DNA of 32,703 bases from Rhodanobacter sp. (GTDB lineage Bacteria > Pseudomonadota > Gammaproteobacteria > Xanthomonadales > Rhodanobacteraceae): NCBI GenBank assembly GCA_035514935.1, contig DATJCF010000049.1, forward strand, positions 1 through 32,703. Reading direction: 5' to 3'. A program made the translations under genes and the position numbers. The notes below the pieces were generated by a model, which worked only from the letters and a program-made list of their open reading frames with translations, had not been told where the DNA came from and searched no databases. Shown here piece by piece: positions 16,600 to 24,622 of this stretch (positions are counted from its first letter, which is position 1; every line of letters starts with the position of its first letter).

Positions 16600-17726
16600 C
16601 GCAGCAAGGTGGCGGGATCGGCGCGGCGCAGGCTGCGCATGGCGGCCAGGCCCGATACGGCGGCGAGGCCCATCACCAGGGCAATGCATGCCAGCGCGGC
16701 GGGTGCGTTCAACACCACCGGTACATCCTGGCTGCGCGCCAGCAGCAACAGCACGATGCCCAGCACGCTGGCGCCGAGCAGGCCCAGGAAGCCGACCCAG
16801 AACGCCTGCTCCAGCACTACCTTGCGCAGCGCGCCCACGCCGACACCGAGCGCGTTGAGGGTGGCGTATTCGCGGATCGAGCCGTTGACCGCCGCGATCA
16901 GGGTCTGGCTGGTGATTGCCGCGCCGACCAGGAACACGATGCCCGCCAGGAACATCACGCCGGCACCGGCGCCGGTATCGAACAGCCAGTAGCGCACGGA
17001 CCGTTGCGCAAAATCGCGCGCGCTCCAGGTCGTGTACGGGCCGAACGAAGTTGCGCCGCGCAGTCGCGCCGCCACGGCGTCGGCCTGGGCGGGATCGCGC
17101 AGGCTGGCGATCAGGTAGGTCGGGCCGTTGTCGGTCGTGTCGTTGTCGAGCCGCCGCGCGGTGTCCAGCGAGCACAGCACGTTGACGCCGCCGAGCGCGC
17201 GCAAGCCGCTGCTGACGCCGACGACGCGCACGCGATGGCCGTTGATGGTGGCGCTCTGGCCGATGGTTGCGCCGAGCTGGCCCAGTGCGGAGCGGTCGAT
17301 GATGATGGCGTCGGGTTCGGCCAGCCGGGCGCGCAGGGCGGGCGGCAACACCTTGGAAAACATCAGGCCGTCGGCGGCCGGGTCGATGCCGGAGACAAAG
17401 ACCGACACGCCGCCCGTCTCGCGTGGCCCGCGCCAGTCGCCGTCCACCCACAGGTACGGTTCGATCCGCTGCACCTGCGGGTCCATCAGCAGGCGCGATT
17501 GCACATCGGCATCGATCGAACGGCCCAGCCCGACACTCTGCGTACCGGGATAACCCACCCACACATCGGCGGACGAACCGGTGACGTACAGGCTGGTGCT
17601 GCCGAAAATACCCAGCACCAGGGCGATCTGCAGCAGTTGCAGCAGGCCGGCGAAACCGACCGCCAGCATCGCCGGCAGGAAGCGCCGCCATTCGTAGACC
17701 AGCGTCTTGCGGGCGAGCGCAACCAT
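16596..17726 (-). CDS. ABC transporter permease (FtsX/MacB/DevC-like)
   Basis: One N-terminal TM, a periplasmic domain and three C-terminal TMs; REYATLNALG and RRADPATL motifs. Confidence 0.92.
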   Translation of the reverse strand: MVALARKTLVYEWRRFLPAMLAVGFAGLLQLLQIALVLGIFGSTSLYVTGSSADVWVGYPGTQSVGLGRSIDADVQSRLLMDPQVQRIEPYLWVDGDWRGPRETGGVSVFVSGIDPAADGLMFSKVLPPALRARLAEPDAIIIDRSALGQLGATIGQSATINGHRVRVVGVSSGLRALGGVNVLCSLDTARRLDNDTTDNGPTYLIASLRDPAQADAVAARLRGATSFGPYTTWSARDFAQRSVRYWLFDTGAGAGVMFLAGIVFLVGAAITSQTLIAAVNGSIREYATLNALGVGVGALRKVVLEQAFWVGFLGLLGASVLGIVLLLLARSQDVPVVLNAPAALACIALVMGLAAVSGLAAMRSLRRADPATLLR

Positions 17727-19149
17727 CAGCGTTGCACCTCGTCGGGGTCGCCTGCCGCCGGTAGCGGAGCGCCGCCGAGTGCCTTGAACAAGGCCACGTA
17801 GGCGAGGTCATGTGCGGCGCGCGCATCGGCCAGTTCCAGTGCCGCCTGGTCGACGCCCAGCTCGCTTTCGGTGCACTCGAGTGGGCTGGCCAGTTGCAGT
17901 TTGGCCCGCGTTTTCACCGCCTGGTCGACGCGCTGCGATGCCTTCCACGCGTGCAGGCTGTGCTGTTCGCGCAGGCGCTGTTGCTGCACGCTGCCGAGCG
18001 CCGTTTCCACCTCGCTGACGCCTTGCAGCACCGCCTGCCGGTACGCCAGTACGCTGGCCTTGAGTTGATGGTCGCGGGCGTGTTGGGCGGCCAGCCGGAT
18101 GCCCCAGTCGAACAGCGGAATGCTCAGTTCCGGGCCGAACGAGTCGATCGCGTTGGGTGTGCTCGAATGGCTGTGGTTGTTGTCGATGTCGGTGGACCAG
18201 TTGATCGAACCGCCAAGGCCGACCTGCGGAAACCGGTCGGCGTGCGCTATCGCCAGTTCGCCGGCCGCGGTCAGCACGTTGGCCTCGGCGCGCGCGATTT
18301 CCGGCCGGCTGCGCAGCAGGTCGGCCGGCGCGCTGTCGATCTTCCAGCCGCCCAGCTCGGGCAGGGGGCCGGGCTGCCGCCACGACGGGTCGGGATGGTT
18401 CTGCCCAAGCAGTACCGCCAGTTGCTGCAGGCTGGCGTTGATCGCCTGGCGCGGCGCGGCAAGTGCCGACTCGGCCTGGTCGAACGCTACCTGCGCCCGA
18501 TCCGCTGCCTCGGGTGCGGCCAGCTGCAGGCGCTGGCGGGTTTGCACGCGTTGCAAGGCATCGCGGCGGGAGGCGCTGATGCGGGCCAGCAGTTGTTCCT
18601 GTTGCTGGGCCGTGCGCAGGTCGATCCATTCGCGCACCACTTCGGCCACCAGGGTCACACGGGCCGCGTGCAGGTCGGCGATGCCGGCGTCGAGCCGGCC
18701 TTGCGATTCGCGCCGGGACCTTCGGCGCGGCCGAACAGCCCCAGTTCCCAACTGGCATCGAAACCGATCAGGAAGTAGGACGCGCTGGCATCCGGATCGA
18801 TCACGTCATTGGTGCTGGAGCGCAACATGGGCCGGTAACGCTTGCCCGAACTGGCATGCATCGCACGCACCGCGCGCAGGCGTTCGACGGCCTGGGCCAG
18901 GTCGAGATTTGCGGCCAGCGCGCGCGTGAGCGTGGCGTCCAGTTCCGGGTCGCCGAAGGCATGCCACCAGCCGTGAAGATCGGTCGGCGTGACGGTGCCG
19001 GCGGCGGTGTCGTGCAGCCATTGCGCCGGTATCGGCGGAGTCAGCCGCGGCAGCGGCGCGGCGCAACCGGCAAGCACGCCCAGTCCGGCACCAAGCCACC
19101 CCGCACGCCAGCGGCTGCGCCACCTTGCCTTGTTCGCTGGATGAAACAC
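17726..19149 (-). pseudogene. TolC/NodT-family outer-membrane lipoprotein with a 1-nt frameshift near 18717
   Basis: N-half (GTG 19149; LAGC lipobox, WWHAFGDPEL, ASWELGLFG) and C-half (LLRSRPEI, IPLFDWG, LFKALGG) lie in different frames. Adding one base after GAA GGT restores ...EG-x-RRESQG. Confidence 0.85.
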
Positions 19150-19240
19150 GGTGCGTCGATTTTCCTGGGATGCCCGGCGGGCCTGCCTGATTGTCGCGGA
19201 CGAATCTTTCGTCACGCTTTGCGATGGCGGATGGTTTGGC

Positions 19241-20686
19241 TCAGGAGAGGGCGTGGTCGGATGGAGGTTCGCTGGCGAATGGCGCGTCGCCGTCGCGCAC
19301 GGCCGGAAAACGTACTTCCACGCGCAAGCCATGCGGCTCGACCAGGGTGTAGGACACGCGGGCCAGATGGCGTTCGGCGATGCGTTTGACGATGGCCAGG
19401 CCCAGCCCGCTGCCTTCCTCGTTGCTGCTGGAAGCACGGAAAAAGCGCTCGCTTAGGCGCGGCAGCGCATCGGTAGGCACGCCGGGGCCATTGTCCTCGA
19501 CACTCAGGCCGATGCTGCCGTCGGCGTGGGCAAGCAGGCGGACGGTGACGATGCTGCCGCGGCCGGCGTAGCGCACGGCGTTGTCGATCAGGTTGTCCAG
19601 CAGGTCGTTGAGGCTGGATGCATCGCCCACGATGGGGCAGGTTGCCACGCGGCTTTCGTAACCGAGATCCACGCCTGCGCGGATGGCATCGTGCACGCGT
19701 TGCGCCACGGCTTCGGGAATGAAGCGGGCCAGGTCGAGCCGCTGGTCGTGGCCGGTGTCCAGCGCCGTGGCCTGCGCGCGGGTGAGCGACAGCAACTGTG
19801 CCGAGGTGCGGGTGGCGCGCCGGGTCAGTCGCTGGATGTGCTGCAGGGCGTCTTGCACCGCCTCGGGCCGCGGATCGGCCAGCGCGTATTCGACGTGCAG
19901 GGTCAGCCCGGTCAGCGGTGTGCGCAACTGGTGCGCGGCATCGGCGATGAAACGGTCGTGCAGGTCCAGCGTGTGGCGCAGGCGTCCGAACAGCGCGTCG
20001 ATGGTGCGCGTCAGCGGCTGGATTTCCACCGGCACGTCGTCGGCATCGATGGGGTTCAGCTCATGGGTGCGCGCCGCCAGCCGTGCAGTCAGTGGATCGA
20101 GCACGCGCAGGCCGCGGCCCACGCCGAACCACACCAGCGAGAGCACGCCGGCGATCAACAATGTTTGCGTGGCGATGGCCAGCAGCAGGATCTCCCGCGC
20201 CTGCTGGTGGCGATCGTGCAGCGTCTCGGCAAACGTCACGACCAGGTGGTCGGCGGGATTGTTGGCGGCGGCGACCTGCACGATGGCGGCGCGCAGGGCG
20301 CGCCTGCCCAGCTTCGTGTCGTACAGCATGGGTCGTGTACCGATCGGCGGCACGTGCGCGGGTTGCGGCAGGGCGCCGTTGCCCGACAGCAGGCCACGCG
20401 AACTGCTGCGCACGCTGAAGTAGCTGTTGCCTTGCGCATCGTATTCGAGCAGGAAGCGCGCCTGTGGCGACAGCGCGTCACCGGGCTGCTCGTTGCCGAC
20501 CAGGATCGCCAGCGTCTGCGCGTCTTCCCGCAGGTCCTGGTCGTGCACGCGGTTGGAATACGTGAGCGCCACGGCATAGCTCAGCAGTGCGCCCAGCACC
20601 AGCAGGATACCCATCGGCACCAGCAACAACAGCAGCAGGCGCCGACGCAGGCTGGGCCGCGAGGAAGCATGGCGGGGCGATGGCAT
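19241..20686 (-). CDS. Sensor histidine kinase (TctE/QseC-like)
   Basis: SLRRRLL N-terminus, two TMs, FIADAAHQLRTPL H-box, NLIDNAVRY, DNGPG, GSGLGL; start ATG 20686. Confidence 0.94.
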   Translation of the reverse strand: MPSPRHASSRPSLRRRLLLLLLVPMGILLVLGALLSYAVALTYSNRVHDQDLREDAQTLAILVGNEQPGDALSPQARFLLEYDAQGNSYFSVRSSSRGLLSGNGALPQPAHVPPIGTRPMLYDTKLGRRALRAAIVQVAAANNPADHLVVTFAETLHDRHQQAREILLLAIATQTLLIAGVLSLVWFGVGRGLRVLDPLTARLAARTHELNPIDADDVPVEIQPLTRTIDALFGRLRHTLDLHDRFIADAAHQLRTPLTGLTLHVEYALADPRPEAVQDALQHIQRLTRRATRTSAQLLSLTRAQATALDTGHDQRLDLARFIPEAVAQRVHDAIRAGVDLGYESRVATCPIVGDASSLNDLLDNLIDNAVRYAGRGSIVTVRLLAHADGSIGLSVEDNGPGVPTDALPRLSERFFRASSSNEEGSGLGLAIVKRIAERHLARVSYTLVEPHGLRVEVRFPAVRDGDAPFASEPPSDHALS

Positions 20687-21372
20687 CAGGGTGCGTTTCC
20701 GGCCGTGTTCGATTCTTCCAGCAGATAACCCAGGCCGCGGATGGTGCGTACGCCGGTACCGCTGGCGCGCAGCTTGCGGCGCAGGCGGTGGATGGCGATG
20801 TCGAGGCCGTTGTCGGTCAGCTCCTGATCCCAGTTGCACAGCGCGGCCACCAGTTGGGCGCGGCTGGTGACCCGATCCGCGCGCAGGGCAAGCGCTTCGA
20901 GCAGGCCGAATTCGCGCGCGGTCAGATCCAGCGGTGTCTGGTCGACCCACGCGCGATGTCCGGGCAGGTCCAGTCGCAGCCGGCCCAGTTGCAGCTCCGG
21001 CTTGCCCTGGCTGCTGGAGCGGCGCAGCAGGGCGCGCACCCGCGCCTCGAATTCGGTCAGGGCGAACGGCTTCACCAGATAGTCGTCCGCACCCAGGTCG
21101 AGCACGCGGATGCGCTCGGCCAGGCCATCGCGTGCGGTCACCACCAATACCGGCATGCTGGTGCCGCGACTGCGCAACCGGCGCAGTACCTCGCTGCCGT
21201 CGAGCGCGGGCAGGCCGAGATCCAGTACCACCAGGTCGTAGTCGTGCTCGCGCAGCGCTGCATCGGCGAGATTGCCGCGCGCGGCGTGATCCACGGTGTG
21301 GCCGCCATGGCGCAGCGACGCACTGATGCCTTCGGCGATGGAGGCATCGTCCTCGGCCAGAAGAATTCGCAT
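20686..21372 (-). CDS. OmpR-family response regulator (TctD/QseB-like)
   Basis: MRILLAEDD, LDLGLP, GADDYLVKPF and RTIRGLGY motifs. Confidence 0.96.
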   Translation of the reverse strand: MRILLAEDDASIAEGISASLRHGGHTVDHAARGNLADAALREHDYDLVVLDLGLPALDGSEVLRRLRSRGTSMPVLVVTARDGLAERIRVLDLGADDYLVKPFALTEFEARVRALLRRSSSQGKPELQLGRLRLDLPGHRAWVDQTPLDLTAREFGLLEALALRADRVTSRAQLVAALCNWDQELTDNGLDIAIHRLRRKLRASGTGVRTIRGLGYLLEESNTAGNAP

Positions 21373-21422
21373 GGGTTGCTCCGCAAGGTGGGAAACCTAG
21401 GGCTGTTTCAGGGATGTCCGAA

Positions 21423-21441
21423 GTTGAGATTGATTCTTATT
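21423..21441. promoter_or_regulatory. Putative Fur box
   Basis: GTTGAGATTGATTCTTATT matches AATGAGAATnATTCTCATT at 14/18 positions. It is an AT-rich island upstream of an iron-uptake-type operon. Confidence 0.7.
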
Positions 21442-21558
21442 TACTGTCTAATATGCGCCAGTCGACGCGCTCGCCCGGGGCGAGTGTGCGCTCATCCAGA
21501 CCCTGCCTGTTCGCCGCAGTTCCCGGCGTGACTTCGGGTGTGCGAACTACGGATAACC

Positions 21559-22203
21559 ATGGCTCAGCTGCAAGCATCTGCCGATTCAATTCGCCCGCAA
21601 CGCCGTGCGTTCTGGATGCGCCAGCTCTATCAATGGCATTGGATCAGCTCGGCGTTGTGCCTGATCGGGCTGCTGCTGTTCGCGCTGACCGGCATCACCC
21701 TGAATCACGCGCGGCAGATCGAGGCCACGCCGAAGGTCGTCGACCGCGCGGCGACGTTGCCGCCGGCGCTGCGGGCGATGGTGGCGGGTGAGGATGCACG
21801 CAAGGCGGCGCCGCTGCCGGGCGCGGTGGCCGGTTGGCTGGATGAAAACCTGTCGGCCCATGTTGCCGGCCGCGCGGGCGAATGGTCGGCGGACGAGATC
21901 TACCTGTCGCTGCCACGCCCCGGCGGCGATGGCTGGCTCAGCATCGACCGCGCCAGTGGCGAGGTGGAATACGAGGTGACCCGTCGCGGCGCGGTGGCCT
22001 ACCTCAACGACCTGCACAAGGGCCGCCATGCCGGGCCGGTGTGGGGCTGGTTCATCGATGTCTTCGCGCTGGCCTGCCTGGTGTTTTCGATCACCGGCCT
22101 GTTCCTGCTGAAGTTCCACGCCGCGCGCCGCGCGTCCACCTGGCCGCTGGTGGCGCTGGGGCTAGTGCTGCCCGCGTTGCTGGCGCTGCTTTTCATTCAC
22201 TGA
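21559..22203 (+). CDS. PepSY-associated TM helix domain protein
   Basis: QWHWISSA, TGITLNH and LNDLHKGR conserved His motifs; three TMs. Confidence 0.88.
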   Translation: MAQLQASADSIRPQRRAFWMRQLYQWHWISSALCLIGLLLFALTGITLNHARQIEATPKVVDRAATLPPALRAMVAGEDARKAAPLPGAVAGWLDENLSAHVAGRAGEWSADEIYLSLPRPGGDGWLSIDRASGEVEYEVTRRGAVAYLNDLHKGRHAGPVWGWFIDVFALACLVFSITGLFLLKFHAARRASTWPLVALGLVLPALLALLFIH

Positions 22204-22217
22204 CGGGATCCATGCCC

Positions 22218-22733
22218 ATGCGTCGTTTGCTGTGTTGCACCCTCGCGCTGTTGCTGGCCGCGCCGCTGGCGGCGGCCGAGCTGGACCTTGCCGTGCAGAT
22301 TCCGGAGCAGAAGGTGGCCGAGTACCACCGGCCCTACGCCGCCATCTGGATCGAGCGCGCCGACCGCAGCGTGGCCGCCCAGCTCGCCGCGTGGTACGCG
22401 CAGAAAGACACGAAGGAAGGCGCTGGCACCAAGTGGCTGCCCGACCTGCGCCAATGGTGGCGACGCGGTGGCCGCGAGCTGTCGTTGCCGGTGGATGGTG
22501 TGTCCGGCGCCACCCGGCCGGCCGGGCAGTACCAGCTGAAGTTCGTCGATGGCCAGGCGCCCTTGGGCACGCTGGCACCCGGCGATTACACGCTGGTGGT
22601 CGAGGCCGCACGCGAGGTCGGCGGCCGCGAAGTGGTGCGCGTGCCGTTCACCTGGCCGGTCAGCGCCACGCAGCACCTGAGCGCGCAAGGCAGCAGCGAA
22701 CTCGGTGCCGTCAGCCTCGACATCAATCCATGA
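22218..22733 (+). CDS. DUF2271 periplasmic protein with FMN-attachment motif
   Basis: Signal peptide; YHRPYAAIWIE, KWLPDLRQWWR, DGVSGAT, EAAREVGGRE. Alternative start 22212. Confidence 0.88.
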   Translation: MRRLLCCTLALLLAAPLAAAELDLAVQIPEQKVAEYHRPYAAIWIERADRSVAAQLAAWYAQKDTKEGAGTKWLPDLRQWWRRGGRELSLPVDGVSGATRPAGQYQLKFVDGQAPLGTLAPGDYTLVVEAAREVGGREVVRVPFTWPVSATQHLSAQGSSELGAVSLDINP

Positions 22734-22762
22734 ACCTTCCCCACGAATTGTCCGGAGCGAAC

Positions 22763-23575
22763 ATGCACAAGCGCACATTGAAGTGGATCGTCCTTGCCGC
22801 CGCCATCGCCACGCCGCTGGCGGCCCAGGCGCACAAGATGTGGATGGTGCCCTCGGCCACCAATGTTGCCGGCGCCGACCCGTGGGTGACGGTGGATGCG
22901 GCGATCTCCAACGACCTGTTTTTCCCCGACCACCACGCAGCTCCGCTGAGCCAGCTGGTGATCACCGCGCCGGACGGCCAGACGGCCAAACCGCAGAACG
23001 CGGCCACCGGCAAATACCGCAGCGTGTTCGATGTCGAATTGAATCAGCAAGGTACCTACAAGCTGGCGCTGGTGAACCAGGGCCTGTTCGCACGCTATGC
23101 GTTGAACGGCCAGAAAAAGCGCTGGCGCGGCGATGCCGCCGAGCTGGCCACGGCGATTCCCGCGGGTGCCAAGGACGTCGAGGTCACCGCATCGAGCAGC
23201 CGCGTGGAAACCTTCGTCACCAACGGCAAGCCCAATGCCGCAGCGCTCAAGCCCAGCGGTCAGGGGCTGGAATTGGTGCCGGTTTCCGGCGTCACCGACC
23301 TGGTCGAAGGCGAGCCGGCCACGTTCCAGTTGCTGCTGGACGGCAAGCCGGCCGCCGGCCTCAAGGTCAGCGCCATCGCCGGCGCCACCCGCTACCGCAA
23401 TGCGCAGGAGGAGATGACCGCGCAGACCGGCGCGGACGGCAGGTTCACGCTGACCTGGCCGCACCCGGGCATGTATTGGGTCAACGCGGCCACGCAGGAC
23501 GACAAGACCGGCGTGAAGCAGGCCAGCAAGCGTCGGCTGTCGTACACCGCGACGTTCGAGGTCTTGCCCGAGTAA
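22763..23575 (+). CDS. DUF4198 periplasmic protein
   Basis: Signal peptide ending AQA-H..W; GLELVP, GRFTLTWPHPGMYW; GGAG RBS. Confidence 0.85.
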   Translation: MHKRTLKWIVLAAAIATPLAAQAHKMWMVPSATNVAGADPWVTVDAAISNDLFFPDHHAAPLSQLVITAPDGQTAKPQNAATGKYRSVFDVELNQQGTYKLALVNQGLFARYALNGQKKRWRGDAAELATAIPAGAKDVEVTASSSRVETFVTNGKPNAAALKPSGQGLELVPVSGVTDLVEGEPATFQLLLDGKPAAGLKVSAIAGATRYRNAQEEMTAQTGADGRFTLTWPHPGMYWVNAATQDDKTGVKQASKRRLSYTATFEVLPE

Positions 23576-23578
23576 TCG

Positions 23579-24622
23579 ATGATGCGGTTCCGCCTGCCTG
23601 CCTGCCTGGTTTTCCTCGTCGTACTGATGTTGTGCATCGCCGCCGCGCCCGTCGCGGCGGCGGAACTGCAGCGTTTGCATGGACGCACCATGGGCACCAC
23701 CTGGTCGGTGCTGGCGGACCTGTCGCCGGAGCACGCCACGGGCGTGCTGCAGCGGGGCATCCAGGCCGAGCTGGATCGGGTGGACGGCCAGATGAGCACG
23801 TACAAGCCGGACTCCGACCTGTCGCGCTTCAACCGCGCGCCCGCCGGCAGCTGGCAGCAACTGCCACCGGAATTCTTCACCGTGCTGCGGCATGCGCTGC
23901 AACTGGCGAAGGACAGCGACGGCGCTTACGACCCCACCGTGGGGCCGCTGGTGAACCTGTGGGGTTTCGGCCCCGACCAGCGCCCGCGCCAGCCACCCAC
24001 GGCGCAGGCGATCGCGGCGGCCCAGGCGCGGGTGGGCTGGTGGAAATTGCAGGTCGATCCCGCCACCCGCCGCGTGCGCCAGCCGGGCGGCGTGTACCTG
24101 GATCTGTCCGCGGTGGCCAAGGGTTATGGCGTGGATCAGGTGGCGCGCTACCTGCAGCGGATGGGCGTGCAGGCGTATCTGGTGGAAGTGGGCGGCGAGC
24201 TGCGGGCGCATGGACGCAAGCCGGACGGCAGCGTATGGCGGGTGGGCATCGAGCGTCCGGATGCGGCAGCGGGCGCGGTGGTCGATGCCGATGAACTGAT
24301 CGACACCGTCGCGCTGGACGAGCACGCCATCGCCACCTCGGGCGACTACCGTCATGTGTTCGAGGACGGCGGCCGCTACTACTCGCACCACATCGATCCG
24401 CGCAGCGGCTACCCGGTGCCGCACGAAGTGGCTTCGGTGAGCGTGCTGGCGGACGACTGCATGCAGGCCGATCCGCTGGGCACCACGCTCAGCGTGATGG
24501 GCGCCGACAAGGGCATGGCGTACGCGCGGACGCACGGGCTGGCCGTGTTGATGATCGTGCGCACGGCCGGCGGTTTCGTGCAGCGGATGTCGCCGGTATT
24601 CGCTGCAGTGGTACGCCGATGA
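23579..24622 (+). CDS. apbE: FAD:protein FMN transferase ApbE
   Basis: TMGTTW, YDPTVGPLVNLWGFG, DLSAVAKGY, ATSGDYR, HHIDPRSG. Confidence 0.95.
   Translation: MMRFRLPACLVFLVVLMLCIAAAPVAAAELQRLHGRTMGTTWSVLADLSPEHATGVLQRGIQAELDRVDGQMSTYKPDSDLSRFNRAPAGSWQQLPPEFFTVLRHALQLAKDSDGAYDPTVGPLVNLWGFGPDQRPRQPPTAQAIAAAQARVGWWKLQVDPATRRVRQPGGVYLDLSAVAKGYGVDQVARYLQRMGVQAYLVEVGGELRAHGRKPDGSVWRVGIERPDAAAGAVVDADELIDTVALDEHAIATSGDYRHVFEDGGRYYSHHIDPRSGYPVPHEVASVSVLADDCMQADPLGTTLSVMGADKGMAYARTHGLAVLMIVRTAGGFVQRMSPVFAAVVRR

Noticed and set aside
15838-17826. 662-aa apparent fusion ending in the ABC ATPase
   Set aside because: The upstream part is an off-frame reading of the permease gene; the ATPase starts at 16599, overlapping the permease stop.
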